Notes: generated by a model not told the origin, from the sequence alone. DNA of 62,798 bases, filler included, from Choristocarpus tenellus KU-1152 (GCA_964200185.2; 7 parts of 7 records of this genome joined end to end with filler, not necessarily neighbours in it); one strand, 5' to 3'; shown: positions 1-15,885, counted from the first letter of the whole stretch. Made by a program: numbers and translations.

Positions 1-953
1 TATTGTGCTACAATATTGTGATACGATAGTGGAATAAGAAAAACAAAGGACGAGGGGGGGGGAGGGGGGGGGGGTTATCTCTTGCCATATCCTGGACTCC
101 ATAATCAGGGACAGCCCAGCCTCAATGACTGGTACAAGTGAAATGACCCACCCAGCAAGGTCTTGGGTAATAAGTAGCCACTGATTGACAAGTCTTGAAG
201 AGAACATAAAATCTCTGGCAGAAGGGCTATGCTCCCAAGCCCATAGAACAAAATGCACTCCAATCTTAACAATGTAACCTACACTACAGAAGTTGATGGC
301 AACTCTTTTTGCTAAGTTCAAGATCGCTTGTTTCAGTGCTCCTAGAGCTTCTGATAATTAAATATGATGTACGTCTTTTTATACAAAGAGTAAGTCTATC
401 GTGTGTTATGCCACAAATACCCACACATAAATCAGAACTATGCACGGTCCCTGAATAACAATAGCACCATGAAAAGTCACAACAGCAACAGAGTTCCTGT
501 TATTGAAGGCATATTTACCAAACCCAAGGAAGCAAAGTGACACCCACATAGCAACGCTTGGCACAAAGATAGGGCATAAAGAGGAGATATTTTTGCAATG
601 GACAGAGAGTAGAGTCACACAGCTGTTGAGGCAGACTTCACGCACTTTAACTTTACAGTATTACAGCAGTCAGAAGAGGTGGAGAGTTGAAGTTGACAGT
701 GTACACTGAATTGAAACAGAGTGTACTCAACACAGTGATACCTACAACAAGGTCTACAAAACCTAGGGGCTCAACTGTGACATACATTTGTACAACATCC
801 TCAAGCAAATTGCAGTTCATGTCATGTAGAGTAACGAAAAAGTAGTGAAAGCGTGCAATTTTTTTTTGAAGTAGCTCGAGTCACATACCTCCAAGGTGCA
901 CACTACCAAAACTACCAAAGGGTGGTACCCTAAAACTAACAAGGAATTTTCAC

Positions 954-3900
954 CTTTCGTTGTCCTTGAGCTGTTTCTTTTCCATTTTGGTTTGCTCCAG
1001 GAAGACTGCATCTCTCTTCAGCTCTCGCATGGCCCCCTTCCTCTCACGTTTAACTTGCCGCTGTAGCTGCCTAACTTTTGCCTGCTCGGGATCCTACCCG
1101 ATATCATTTCCATCGAGATGTTTACGTTAAGAACAGTTCAAGCTTCAAAAGAAACATTCCGGAAAAGAGCAACACCAGGGATATGTACCTCATTTCGGCA
1201 TAATGAACAGATGAGGGCCCACAGAAAGCACCCAGTCCTCACACCTCATCTTTACTGAGAGATAGGCATAGCATTGAAAATCAACCTGTCGAATGACTGG
1301 GCCTATGACTATTTCCTAATGTTACAAAAATAATGTTAAAAAAAAATGACATGAAAAAAAGACACAAAAAACAGCTGGTAACCAATTCCTGTTAATGCCG
1401 ACCAAGGTGTGTACCTAGTCTAGTCTATGCGAGGCATACATGAGAACAGAATGCATAAGAGAAGGAAGTCTGACTTACTCAACACAGTCTTGCCCTAAGG
1501 TGGTACTCTTTTACCTGGTCTCCATTAATATTTCTAGGCAACAGCACGCCACTTTCATGCTGTGTCTACATACATCACATGACATCTCTCACCAGACAAT
1601 ATCTTTGGCCAAACCACCACAAGTACCAACCTACCTTGTTGCTGTCCTTCTTCATCTTGTAGCTCTCCTGAAATTTTGGTGCAAGAGCATTCAATGTCTT
1701 TACCTCCATCACCTGCCACTGTAATCCCTGACGCCTGGAGAGGGACTGCAAAAGAGCAGGGCACATCGGAAATCTTGCATCACCCCTCAGAAAAAAATAG
1801 CATGAAATGCATGCAGCTCTTACACGGTGCGTATGTTATCATCTTACGATCTGTCCTAAATGAAGGTGCTGGGAACCTGATGTTTCCGAAAATCTTTCAT
1901 GCAGATATCTTGGTTGAGAAACCTGACAAATGTTTTGGAGGGGGACTGGTTGACACCTGCTACGACCAAGGGACCTCAACACCAGCATTTTTTTTTTCAT
2001 TTTTGACCCCTGTAATGAAGCTAATTTTACTTATGATTATGATTTCATATGGAATTGAAGATTCTTCTAGAGTATACCACAATAACAGCTGTGCTCCTCA
2101 CCTCTTGGTTGCTGATCTCTAACTTTACTTGCCTTAGGCCAAACTTGTCTCAAACATCTTTCTACCTAACCTGATTTTCGTCGAACACCTATTATAAATA
2201 TGCAGTCAACAGTTCCACTCTGAAGCACCTTTGCTCCACAGTACATTAGCAGTACTAATAACATTCATCCAGGACACTGTCTCTTTGAAGGAATAGAATA
2301 GTACATGTTCGAAGGGTCCATTCCATATCAAAAGGCTTCACCCTAAGACCAAGCAGCTTCATTATGCTTTCATTGGAGTGGGTTAGGGTTAGAACATAGA
2401 TGATACGGCTATCATGTTTTGAGAGCCAATATTACACACCATATGCCAGAACATAGGGTTCCATCTAAGACAAAACACCAACGCTCACAGGTACTGTCCC
2501 ACACATAGACATATCGAGCATAGGTAGACATAGTATGCGTCAGGTAGTCCTTTGTTTGGCAGGGACTTGGCCAGGGACACGTAGGATCTCTATGTACATG
2601 TTCAACTTGGTTGGGTCCGTAACGAAGCCTAACTTGGATTATTAGGGACATTGAAAGTCTGTATCTGTCCCACCAGCACTAGGAACATGATTATCAACAC
2701 CTTAGACACTCAGTTGTCTTGTGGAAAAAGTTTCTCAAATCAGCTGAAGTACACCGGTAGATTAAACACAGAATTATTAGCACCACTCCTGCTGTGGTCT
2801 TCTGCTACCATTTGCATACAGCACCTATCTTTTCCATACTGTAACACACTGCACTCTCATCAAATTATCCCTCCACCTTTGTGAAATAATTTAAACCACA
2901 TCCTAAACCACTCTGTTTGCAAGCATTGGGGGTGATGCATCGGAAAATGAATCACCTGTATCCCTAATATTATCAAGTGTTACCTTGGAACATCAAGTCA
3001 ACTTCGTCTGGTCTCCTTACCACAGAAGAAAATCCAAGAGCAACATAAATAAACACATTGCATACATTCTACCTTGGAGAAGTAGATGCCCTACAAATTT
3101 CAGCATCTGAAAATTCCATTCTTGCCTTGTCTTGAATCTAACCAATGGTAGGACGCAATTTCTCTCATGGTAAAAGGACAACAGTGCTGTAGCTACATTA
3201 CAACTCCCACCAACCCATATGCAGGCAGGCAAGGGCAACACACTGGGGACAGGACCAGAGCAGAGAATGCTGTCAAATACACACAGATCCCTATAGCAGA
3301 CATGCCACTTGCGACCACCAAATTGGTCAGATGGATTCACCAATACACCGCCATCATTAACACCCCTAGTGTATCTATTTACTCTAGGTGACACAATTGA
3401 TTATCGATTCAATCAATACTTCATGCCAATTGTGCAGCATGGCATCTGTTTCGAAAAGTAATTAAAACAGGAACGGTGTGCCGGCTACCCTAACCCTAAC
3501 CCTAACCCACAGAAGTTTTTCACAATACTGTTCAACAATGTTTTCTACTGTAATATATATATATATTTGAGAGAATTAATAGTCGTAGTCTGCCAGAGTG
3601 TCTCCTAAAAAATCAAATTAAAAAAGTCATATACTCTAGAGCCCTGCATACTATCAATGTTCATACAAGAAGAGACTAACAATAATAGTGTACCTAACCT
3701 AATGTTAGTCTCAAGTACTATTGGTCCCATTTGCCTCTGCCAACAAACTTGGGTATCAGAAAAAAAGCCTCAGCAATCAGAAATTATAGCATTCAAATGT
3801 CACTGGTAGGATAGGTTCACAAAGTGAAAAATTGATTTCAAAACGTGAAGCCTGAAAAGACAGGTCAGTAGATTACACAAGTTTTAAGATACTGACACAT

Positions 3901-6900
3901 CAGCATTGGATCATCAAGGCCCATGTATTGCAGGAACTGACACAGAACCAAAGGTTTGGTTCAAACGAATGGAAACATCTTCAGGTCCCCTCGTACAAAG
4001 AATGTCTTTTCTGCCTTGGCTCTGACCAAATCTTGCTAAATGGAGTATTAGGTTTCTTTACCAAACCATACGGGCTACAAAGAAAGGCACTATCTACAGT
4101 GGCAAAGAGGTATTGAACACAAGGTGAATAATCCACTCAAAAGAGTCAGTCCCACCTTATCCACACTTGACTTAATCTCCTCCAGAACCTGTAAGTGAAG
4201 CGCATCGAGTTTTGCGCACAGCTTAGGAGACTGTTTTGGACCCACCTGACAAGCACAGAGAACATGAAAATTTGCACCTCAACAAAAGCTACAAATAGAC
4301 TATCTAGGGACTATTAGATACACGCCATGCTTACATCTCAACAATCTATTGTGATGGGCTTGGGCACCTTTCTTTGTGGAGGGAACTCAGAACCTTTCAG
4401 GTGGAATAACTTTGGACTTCATTGGATGAGCATCTTGCTTTTTCATAATGAAATTCGATCTGAACAATACTCAACATACAAAAACACCTCCAGGAGGTGC
4501 CATATGTTATGGGAAGTTAGTTCGATGTGTGCAATCCCATTGGAAGGCAATTCTACCCCACTCCCCTGAAATGCATGTGGTGTTCAAGCTTTCCTCTGTG
4601 TTTTCTATTTGTTGTCAGTCAGGCACAACACACTGCGTTGTGCTTGTTATCCGTATCAACAATTCAATCCCTCAACTTCATGGACTTCAAGTGGACAAAA
4701 CAATATGTGACATCAAACACGAATTATTTATCCTCTGGGAAAACCTAACAGAGTTGATGATATAGGAAAGTGACAGGAAAATTGAATACATGTAAGGGTG
4801 TTGTTTCCTGTGCTAGCTTTATGCTGATTGGAAATGCGTTACTCCTAGATAAATGTTTAAACACGCAAAATGTGTCACAGGAGAAACAGTGAAACCTGCT
4901 AGTAACAGAAATGTCTCAAATCAGTCCAATGCACTCACTACCAATAGGCTCTTGAGGTATTAATTACCTTGTCCATCACATCCATCACGGGTTGAAGGAT
5001 TTCCTTCAGGCCTGGACTGTCTCTGAGACACATCACTGCCTGTTGTATCAGCTTGTAGATCGTCGATAGTGCACTCACTGCAAAGATACCCCTGTCAGAA
5101 GGCTGCAACACCTGAGAATCAAACAGATCCCACAGTACCAACGGGGATGCAATAAGCTCCTCATCTTTACAGGCACAATCCTCAAATCTCTGTAACTTTA
5201 TCCCACATTAGGGGGATGACCCAACTCTCCGAATATTGACGAGGGTGCTCTGTTGGTTGGCCTCATGGGAGCGGTGATAACGTTACTGCACAAAGGAATT
5301 GTTGCTGATCCACAAAAACCTCAGTTTCAACTTCAGTTCTTGCTCATTGGCTCGTCTAAGATGGAGTAGACTAGTACACATCCTTCATCGAACCAAGACT
5401 TCAGCAATGCAATTGAACCAATCAGCAATCAACATGCAAGGTGGACACCCAAACCATGCTCTTAAAACAGGTTGCCAGCTACAAAGCTGCATGGGGTACA
5501 CACAAGAAAGCCCCAGTATGGAACAAATTGAAGATCGGTGCATGGTCTACACCATCAGCCATTGGTCAACATCATCAGCTATTTAACGTCAAGATGCAAC
5601 TTAGTAAAATCTTCAGCACATACCTTATCAGTGCCTTCGCCTCCTAGAGCACAGCGCATGATATCAAGCACAGGCAGATCCTTCCCCGTAAAGTTCCCAG
5701 CCGCACTTCGGAGCCAACCAATAGGAGCACACCTCAGCGATGGGGTAGGGATCAACTGCAACAACCAAGGATAATAAAATAATACAAGATATCATATTAG
5801 TCCTCCGCAATCCCTAACAACATAACATGCTTGAAAACCAGAAGGCAAAGACCCTAACATGAACTCAAGGGAGATAATGTTGATGTTTACAATGACGACC
5901 TGCTGGACCACACGCTCACCTGTTGAACTTCCAATGGAAGTTTCTGTGTAGACAGAGCCTCAAAACCTTGATATCGAGGCCTCTCAGGTGAGGGTGCAAA
6001 GTTAGCAAGTGCTGAGGTGAGGAAGACCAATCCCTCAGGGGGGAGCCTGTTGGCCCCAAGAGTATAGTGTAGCAGGAGTGCACAGCAGAACAAACCTGTA
6101 AGATTGCATGCGTTCAAGGGGATTAAAAGTGTTCATTTCACAAGGACGTGGTGCCTCATCACACCATGTTCAAATGTGGTGCACCTTTCAAAACAATATC
6201 AACACATCTCAACCCAACTAAAAAACACTACAATAGTACTCTACTGTCTGAACACCAACCAAACCTACAACCTGTAAACTCATCGCACACACTGACAATG
6301 AGAATGAGAATGACAACAACACTGATACGTGTTGGGACATGCAGTTCAATCATATCACATCTCACCTGAGCCGAGATCTGAGCTACTCTTGACAGGGCAC
6401 TGGCTAAGGCACTGGGACAAGAATACCACGGTTGGAGTCACTACAGGGTGCCTGCAACATTTTTACCAACAAAATGACGTGATTTGAAGATGGTCGGAAC
6501 ATACTTTTATCGTAACACTTTAATCCATTAACTACTGCTTTACTTTGACATGTGGGCATAGTCCTTGAGACATGAATACACTAAAAGTTCAGGACTATTA
6601 AAATTTGATGTTACTACTACAACAACACACAACGCACATTGTACATACAAGAACATTCCATCACTCCTCCATCATTCGCATTGGACCTTTGGTACAGCTT
6701 CTAACCGCGACAACAACTACAATAATATAAAAATACAGTAAGAGTACATCATATTATATATTTTATAGCTCAATGAGTTTTGTAAGGTAATGAAGTTATG
6801 GGGGTAGGGCCCATGACCTGACATACACATGCTATTGGACACGGGGTGGATAATTATACTAAGTCATAGTACCAGGTTGGTCTAGTGGGGTGTTACTCAA

Positions 6901-9900
6901 GATATCAGACTGGTGACTGAGGCTAAGGCTCGGAGGGAACTGCTATTTGACCGGCCGCACCTACATTCGTTTTCGACAATCACAACCCTCCAAGATAAAC
7001 AATAGGATACAAACAAATATACAGTACACCTACAGAAACTGGGAACATCTGTAGCTACCAGGTCAAGTTGATACCCTCTAAATGGCCATCATAATGCCAT
7101 GGGATCTGAAACCCTGCAACTGGAACATTCAAAAGCACATTGGTGGGGCTAACACAACACAACATGCTTGTTTGCGAGTAGCTCATAGTACAATACACCT
7201 GCAAGTGCACAACCCCACTCTATAGCTGTCCCTAAATCTGAAGGGACAAACACCACAGAGGTCTTGTCAAACACCACCACAGTACTTTCAATGCAGGTAG
7301 TATACTACACTGGCTCAGGAAGAGGCATGTTTATGCTCCAAGGTGAACAGTCGTAGGCACCATCATTGTTGTTTGTACCTAACTACCCATCTTAACTATC
7401 TACGGGACAAAACCTGTAGTCATTTCATGTGTTCCAAAACGCATCTTCAGGGAGCACAACACAACACAACACAACACAACACACTCTTACAAAATCAAAG
7501 TGGGAACAACTTCAACATCAGCAGGAAGTCATCAAGTACCTGAAGTCAGTGGGGGGAAAGATGTCCACAAGGAGCTTGAGCAACAGCAGTGATCCCCAAC
7601 TAGGCCAGCACTGTGCTCCTGAACCCATACCCTCATCGTTAATGGCCTGAAAACTCACAGTTTAGGACATTCACACTGCTATTAAGTAATAGACATCTAA
7701 TCAAAGTGCAGCTGAGCAACATTCCTACACAGATACACTCACCAGGAAATACTTCAAGAAATACTTCACTGCTCAAGCCACTCTCTGGTAAACAATATGA
7801 GAATATATTTGAATATTTGAAATATAAAACAATATAAATGCAATACAGTAAAACCTCAAATTGAGGAGGTTCAAGCTCCCCAGAATAAAAGTGGGGCAGA
7901 TTTGAGAGGTGCAGAGTGCAGCCTCTATATCAAAACCACTTCTACTTTACTTTAGATCACATTTGAGTGAAAGGAACACGGACTGAAGCTGACTAGCTCT
8001 AATGGTCCAAAAACTAGAAGCTGCAAGTATACTGCAGCAGTGAAAAGAAACACAAGTTTAGGAGTCTACTGCAATGGACAAAGCACCTTCGTTTCTTCCA
8101 TTCTTGAGTGCCAGTATAAACGATAACATAATGGTTAAGTTTGCCACCTCTAACATGGGTGAGTGCTTCCAGGGACAAACAAAGGTTAGGAAGCAAGGGA
8201 TCACCTCTTTTCCTGACAGAGAGAAAGTTCCTAAGACTAGAGCTACAATACCTTGCACAAAGTGACTGGTTGGTAACATGACAGGCCATACTTTAAATTG
8301 ACTTGGTCAATATAGCTGAGCTCGCACTTCAATTGTTACCACACAATTGCTTAGTCTTTGGTTGGGATCAAGCACTGTACAATGATATACACTATAGAAT
8401 TGGGTCTCCACTACATGTTCAAAAATAATTCCAGTCAATACAACTAATCCTTTTAGAGGACCTTTCTCATGTCCGAGATCTGGAAATTCCATGGGGGAAA
8501 ATACAGCCATCTCCAGGGGTGAATGGAACCAATATCATTGCACCATTCCCCTACCTTCAATGACAGCAACGCACTCACTGCCTCCATAAAAGAGGGGTAA
8601 GGTTGACCTGTCCACAAGTAAGATAGTCATACAATGTCATACAGTACTCCAACTATATATTATACACAAAAGGTAAAACACAACACTCAACATGGTAGAT
8701 GCCTTCAACTAGCCTATCGATACATGTACTCAGCATAGGTTACTGCCCACCACCTGACGAAAAAATCTGACCTGGGCTCACATTTTGAACCATGGTATGA
8801 ATACATGAATATACAACTACAAACAATTCACAACACATACCTTCACCATTCGCTTTTGCATTCCACCAATCATACGGTGCCACAGGGAAGCAGCAACATC
8901 TGGCATTTCAGAGGTCACATCATAGATCAACCTGCCAAATCCATCACCGTGTTTTCCAAAAGCATGGCAAGAGTGTGACATTTGATGGAGTTCAAGCGCA
9001 ATTAGAACTGGCTGTGAAGCAAAACACCAAGCACATCCCTAACCCTAACATAATTTCACAAACAATAATAAATCAGTATAGTAGTCACCCGCTCAGGAAG
9101 TCAAGTTGCTTAGCCCTGTCCATTGCCCCCCCGGCAGGCAGTCTGGCAGCCTGGTCGCCAACACGCCTAAAACGTTTTAGCAAAACATCATAGAAGTTGT
9201 GCACGCGCTCCTTGTTTTTCGAGTCCAGCTTGATGCTGTCAGGATATGTTGGAGAGGTCAGGGGCTACTGTTACAGATTGTTCTTTGTTGAATTTTTGAA
9301 AATTTAAAAACCGAGAAACAAGTCACCTAAAAAAAAACACTCTTATCTTTACGGGGACATAAATGTGAGTTGTTGTGCATGAGCAACCAATCACAGGGTA
9401 AAAAAATGAACCTTGCTGTTCTACTTCCTGAAACGGGGGCCTGTCATCAGTGAAACTTACATCCACTCTTTTCAGTGAGATAGAATGAATATGATGAAGT
9501 AAGTACAACATGACACAAAATGGTCTCAATGGATCCTTCCCATTCCATTCAGCGTACACCAAATATCCAGGTACTTTTTCCAAAAGACCCAAACAGACGG
9601 TTCTTGATTTCATTGACTCTGAAATCATTCATCACTTGTGCATGCTCACAGCAAAAACATGTGTTGAGACAGGGCCTACAGCATCACCAACACCCTCAAA
9701 AATGAGTGTTTATCTGCATTACCACCTATGTTGAGATTGTAGGTGACTATGGGTTGTATACATCCTTGTATGCACACAGGGTATCAGCATACTTCTGATC
9801 CTGTACTCTTTGCTATGCTCTCTAATGGCTCAGAAACAAGGGAGGTTGGTATACCCAGAGCGTTCACACCATTAAGGCCTAGCTCCCGTGCATCCATCAT

Positions 9901-12900
9901 AGACAAACTAGATGACCTACTCACTTGGACACTTGAAAAAACAAGAACTATACTCCAGTTACAGACAACGTTACACCCCATAGAACCTTTCCTGACTACA
10001 TCGAACAGAGAGCCTTGCTTCTCAAAGTAGGTATGGACAGCTAAAAAACGGCTAAGCTCTACCTGTGGTTCTTGTGAATGCGACTCATGATGGTGTTGAT
10101 ATCATCAGCACTCTTGGCATACTTTGCCAGCATTGCCAGCAGTTCCTTTTGTGATGCAGTACACAGTTAAGCAAGGGAAGGGTATCCAGTAAGTGTAGCA
10201 AAGTCTCAATGGAATAGAAGAGATCTGGACATACTTAGGATGGTACTGGTTCATGTACCATAGGAACACAACACACAACAACTTCAAACGCCAAAATCAC
10301 TGTTTCAACTGGGCAAGGTCTTCAAGAAAATCAGTATATTTCATTCAAGAACTGTATACAGAAGGGTTCCTACTATCACCAGTGAGGTTCAATATTTATT
10401 TCTATATAATGTAAAAAAATACTCCACGAGTTTTCCCAATGACCTAGACCATTACAGCAATACATACAGCATCTATGGTTCATGATGTCTTTGCAAGGTG
10501 TTGTGAATGCAATATCACAAGGTATACCTTTTGTTTTCCTGCCCATAACTTTATGTATGACCAGGCCAGGCACAGCAGCCTGAACTTGAACTTTTGATGA
10601 AGACTGAATGACGCAGAGGTCTACATTAATGGAGAATACGCTAATGGAGAGACTCTCCAACCTTATCTCGAAGTATGGTACCATCCAAGTGATTGCATCA
10701 ATCACTGTGTACAAACCTCGTAAGTGGTGGGACAGTCTAACACATACGGTATCTCTTCACCAGCAGCCTCCCTGCTTCTTGATTGCTTCTCCACTGAGAG
10801 CTCCAGTGCATCTGAGAATGTGTGCAGGCATGGGTTGACCTCCACATCAACTTACCGAGGTGAGAGCTTGATATGATAACATGCCATAGTTAATATTTCA
10901 ACAGCTAGACATGTGCGGGAACCTCGACCAACCACTGACCAACCTGCTTCTTCTTCAGACTCATCACTTGAGTCATCACTGCCATCTTGGGGATTCCTGT
11001 TGTGACCTTTCTGTGGCACATCCTGGACTCCTGTGCTCTCCTCGAAGTCAAATCCATCGTCCTCAAGATCACCACCACTTTCTTCTCCATCAGAGGACTC
11101 GCTTCCCCCACTACCTGTACACAAGTGAACACACACACACACACACACAATAAAAACAACTTATGGTCCACCATTGGTCATTTCAAGCATATCATGCAAC
11201 AAACACACTTGAATAGATCACACCCATTGGCTAGGCAGACACTGCACCTTGCACTTCTATACACTAACATGTTCCAAAGCAACACTGACCAACATCAAAA
11301 CCAATAATTCCTCTAAGGGGTCAGTACTAATGATATGAATGGATACACGAATCAAAAAAATTATATGGAAAAGATGACTCCTTTGGAGTTCCCACCACAA
11401 ACACCTGAGCTACCAATGCCGTGACAGCAAATTGAGGGGTGGGATGATCTCTGTGTAATGTGACTGACTAATTCTCTCAGATCCTGACCAAAAATACACC
11501 AAAATAGAAGTATGACAAGTATGTAACATAGCATGTCCTTTGACCTCTAAAGTTGGGTAAACTATTAAACAAATGTCCACAGTATTATCCATTCACTACA
11601 ACGTTGTGAACAAACCATCCTCCAAATATCAGACATTCCCAGAGATGGATGATAGACACATCAATCAAATATCCTTTCAGGGACATGGGATGTATCCCAT
11701 CGTTGTTACATCATTTCAGACGAATGCTACACCATTTAGGAAAACTTAAGACAACCATGGCCCTCAATGAATGTACTTTTTTTCTTGGAAACACAAAAAA
11801 ATCAGATTTGGAATCCTATACTTGAAGGTGTCATACGGTTCTTGATTCATCCTAAAATTTTCGAATTCTTTGTGAGATATGATCCCTACACGCACTTACC
11901 AAAATTAGACACTTGACAGAGTACAGCATGCCATTACAATACACATGCTCAGGTCTATTTTCTGGAGGTACAGCAAGTAATAGGAGCGAGGCACTCTAAT
12001 ATCCTCTATATTCAAAGTATGCCAGAAAAACTTGTTGTCACAAAGAGATCTATGCCTGCAACTTCTCTAATATTGCATTAACAGGGGGCAATACTTGAAG
12101 ATGCCATGCAGCACAGATCTGTTCGACCTTGCCTGGAGTGAAGGGGTGTATTACACTCATCAAACACACTGGACGTTTCCTGCCATAGCAGAAATTCTGA
12201 TGCCAAGATTAATTAAATACATACCCGTGCCTATTCTACCGCACAAGGCACTGGACAGGCTTTTACAGCGCACAACTTGCCTTCACTCAAGTTCCAGTAA
12301 GATTCTCCTGACAAGAATCCCTACAATATCTTCTTTGAAATATGAGTTGTGGGAGGTTCAGCTAAAAGCCCAGCGTAGTCAGTCGTAGAGTCAAACATAC
12401 CACAAACTGTAACAGATGTGCTGCACCAGAAACTTTCAACAATAACCCAGATCAATAACTGTCAAGTTAGTGCAGGCTACACTACACCATGTAGGGTTAG
12501 GGATCAAGAGCAATGGGGTACCCTGGAGCAATCAAGAGAAATCAACACTGAGATGACACACTAGGGGGGGACTGGGAAGATGCAAGTAAGGTGATGGACC
12601 AAAGATCAAGCTGGGAAGATCCCTGGTCTCCGATTTTGACCAGACACAGAAATCATGAACCAATGACCTTAGAACTACAGTATCACAATCAAAATACATA
12701 GCTACAACAACATCATCCATTTAGGTTAGGGCAACAAGATAAATTACATCACTAGTGAACCAAGACTAATCACACTACATAGATGATGGAAGTTGTACAA
12801 AGACACAGTTCACTCTGCAATGTTCAGGTAAGGGCAGACCGTGTGTGGCTTGTGTTGATTTATGTAGCGGCAATGGCACTGACTTGGTGGACCCCCTGCG

Positions 12901-15885
12901 TTCACAACTCTGATGACTAAAATATTGATAAAATAATTGAGTGAATAGCGAAATACTTTGATGGAAGTCAAAGAGTACTGGTGTATACATATTGGGTTGA
13001 AGGTTCACAAACCTCTGTTGGTCTTAGCACATTTGCCTGTTCTACCTCCAAGACATCACCAGTGGGGTTTTTAGCGCCCATAGAGTAATTGTGAGGGATT
13101 ACTGCTGTCACTTCGGTGGAATTTGAAAACTCTACCAAAAAAAGAAACAAAAAAAAGTGAACTTTGGAGAAAACTATTACCTGTCCAGATAATCAGTCTT
13201 CACACAGTTTGGGTCACTGCTTGAAAACCTTAATGGATTTTTTGGGGAATCACTTTTGCATTCTATCAGCGAGAGCATTTCTTGGAGTATAGTAAATCCA
13301 AAAAGGGTCAGCACCATGAAGTCACCAAATACTTGGCTAGAGACTCAGATATCGACAATCATCTACAAAATATAGTGGCACACAAGTTTTGTTGCCTTGT
13401 ATCGGAAGGATAACCTCCCACATGCACCTCTCACTGGGCTGGGAGGGTGACATTCCTGTCACTGCAGCGCACCTTATGTGCTCAGCCTGTTTTGCATGCC
13501 CTTTCAACTACCAAATTAATTGTATGCATGCTAATAGTTTAAGGGGTCGCAGCTCAAAAAACTAACTCTTAACAATTAAGCATCTCCAATCACTCACCAC
13601 CAGCACCTGAGAAAGCTTCCAAGAAATGTGAGTTATGTACCTCCTCGATTTCCTCCCCAAGCTCATCATCATTTTGAGGGCGTTCAACACGCTCCCTTCG
13701 ACTTGAAGGCTTTTCTTGTCCAGAACCAGCTACTGCCTGACAATTGGGTAGAACATTGGCTAATGACAACCCAGGCAACAATCCTATCTTAACAGAACCA
13801 CAGTTGATGTAGGTACTTCCAAATGCAAACGCACTGCACATGTCCATTGGGCAGCAATGACTCGACAATCCTCTAGTCCTGGCACAACATCTGATCTTTC
13901 ACATATCAAATGATGCAAAATCGTTCGACATATATCATCCCAACCTAAATGTCATTTGAAATTTGTTACTCTCATGATATATGGAGGCTAGTGGCGAGTT
14001 TTCACTGATCAACCCAATAGCTGAATCATCTGTTCAACCTGGTCAATACACAATGCCAAATATTTGACAAAAGCTCAACATAATTCCAACACCACAAAAT
14101 TGTGACTAAGACTCTACCTCGCCCGACATGCGCTTCACTCTTGCTTCTTCCAGCTCATCCAGTTTGGCTTTTTCCTCCCTGATACAAACGTCGTGGATGA
14201 TCTAGGATGAGCTTGGCTGGTGGCACAGACCTACACCAATTATATTACAACTCATGGGAATGCCACATCTTTATCACAACAGCAGTATCAGGGTCACTGC
14301 AATCAGTTCTTCAGCATAGTGCGATGTAAATGAAATTTTGATGTAAATGATCTTGCAGTCAAAATACAGTGCAAAAGCGACAATACTCATGTCATATTTT
14401 TCAAACTGAGGAAAATAAACACATGTAAAGAGTACAAACAAGCACTCCTCTCTAACGTATCAGGTGATCCTACGCTGAATTATGCCTTATATGATACTCT
14501 GTATGGGAGAGCAAATATTCACAGAATTGTAAGTCTCTTACTTGGCTGTTTCTTCAGGCGTCTTCAAGCGATCTGTTGCTTGCGCTTTAGCTTCGTAGAC
14601 CAATTCCTGGGAAGCAAAAGAAATAATGTGGTGTGATACAGCAAGGTAACATATGAGTTGTGGGGACAATTTACCAACCTGTGTTCCAATGAAAGCATCA
14701 TAACCAAAAACCTCTTCACTCTTACCCTCATGAGTTGGTTGTAGTCGTCCACCTCCCCCTTGACATGAGCGCCCTTATTCTTAGTAGGGCGTTTGTTCAG
14801 TATTCCCAGCAGTTCTCCAAGTCCCTCGTCCAGTCGCTCTCTCTCACCTTCCTGCTCATCCTTGCTCCGTGCCTTATCCAACTTGTAGGCCTTGCTCTTT
14901 GCAATGATCTCATCTAGAACATCCTTCCGCGATTTGTGTTTCTGTGGGAGCAAGAGAAAAAACATGTTTTGTCAACAACTCTAGGCAATTATCCAATGAA
15001 CAACATGTGGTCGTGAGGCTTGACGATCTCACACCTGCATAACCTAGTGCAATCGCTCCAAGGACTACGCCACGTGCAGCGTGCGGACGCTCGCACACAA
15101 CAAAAAGGATGCCAGCAACACATGGGAGTCTTGGTGCCACAAGTTACGAAATTTTCACGCAAGTCGTTGTAATGCGCATCAATTCGGTACCTCTAACACA
15201 CCTCGGCCCACGCACCGTCACCCCACCACGATTCGCATCTTCAGCTCCACCTCCAAAGTGTAGCTTGCCAACAACTTCAGCATTGAGATTATCGTCGCCA
15301 TCAGAATCGACCATCTCGTCGTCCTCATAGTCATCATCCAACGTCTGACCCTTGTGGGTAAGCACTTCCCCATGTCCCTCTCCATCCTCTAGATTGAACA
15401 TCCCACCTTTCCGGCTGCGTTGCTTACGATCCTTTTGCATACGAGCCCACATTTTCTCCTCGACAAGTAAACTGGAATCATCCTCTCCGAATCTGAAGGG
15501 CAGCATAGCAGAGAAATCATGTGGGAAGGCAAGAAGCGAGTGGGAATTGGTCTAACTTGTCCCATCCGGACAAGGTGTTACGACCATTGCTTGGCCATAG
15601 TCAGAGACCACGGCAGAAGATGAGGACCCACCTGCGGTCTAAAAATGAATTGGCCTTTTGACTTCTTTCGTAATCAGACAGTAGAGTCTTTTGACGGCGC
15701 TCCAATGCCCGACTCCTGGCCTTGGCTACATTGCGTTGCTCGCCAGAGACCCTCCTATTGAACACTTCATGCTTCTTGCGAAGAATGCTCCTTTTCTCGA
15801 AAGGATTGTCTGGTATTGCCTTCTTGATGTCTTCGGCATGGGTTCTCCTCCTTTTACGGGAGTGGTGGGTGCTTCCCTTCACCAT
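954..15885 (-). CDS. NOP14: Nucleolar protein 14 (SSU processome), 19 exons traced; final exon not identified
   Basis: Phase-consistent GT-AG exons (minus): 15885-15632, 15492-15216, 14941-14726, 14606-14542, 14178-14118, 13736-13598, 11114-10944, 10811-10717, 10145-10063, 9235-9089, 8931-8841, 7646-7540, 6451-6366, 6095-5920, 5755-5624, 5111-4968, 4245-4156, 1745-1635, 1093-954. Nop14 motifs: NPFE..KHEV..SRALERRQKTLL..F.DRRFGE; KSRKDVLDEIIAKSK; TDRLKTPEE; EIPYVLDCPTTYE; FPPTDFRHPVVTP; PKFQESY; KRERKGAMRELKRDAVFL. Confidence 0.93.
3488..3508. repeat. Short interstitial telomere-type repeat (CCCTAA)3.5
   Basis: ccctaaccctaaccctaaccc in a NOP14 intron. Confidence 0.7.

Noticed and set aside
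284-350. Terminal exon of NOP14
   Set aside because: A phase-compatible acceptor exists but the peptide does not resemble the Nop14 C-terminus; the true end is probably outside the window.
9549-9634. Intronic C/D-box snoRNA in NOP14 (GTGATGA...CTGA on minus)
   Set aside because: No terminal stem and no rRNA-complementary guide that I could recognise; snoscan would be needed.
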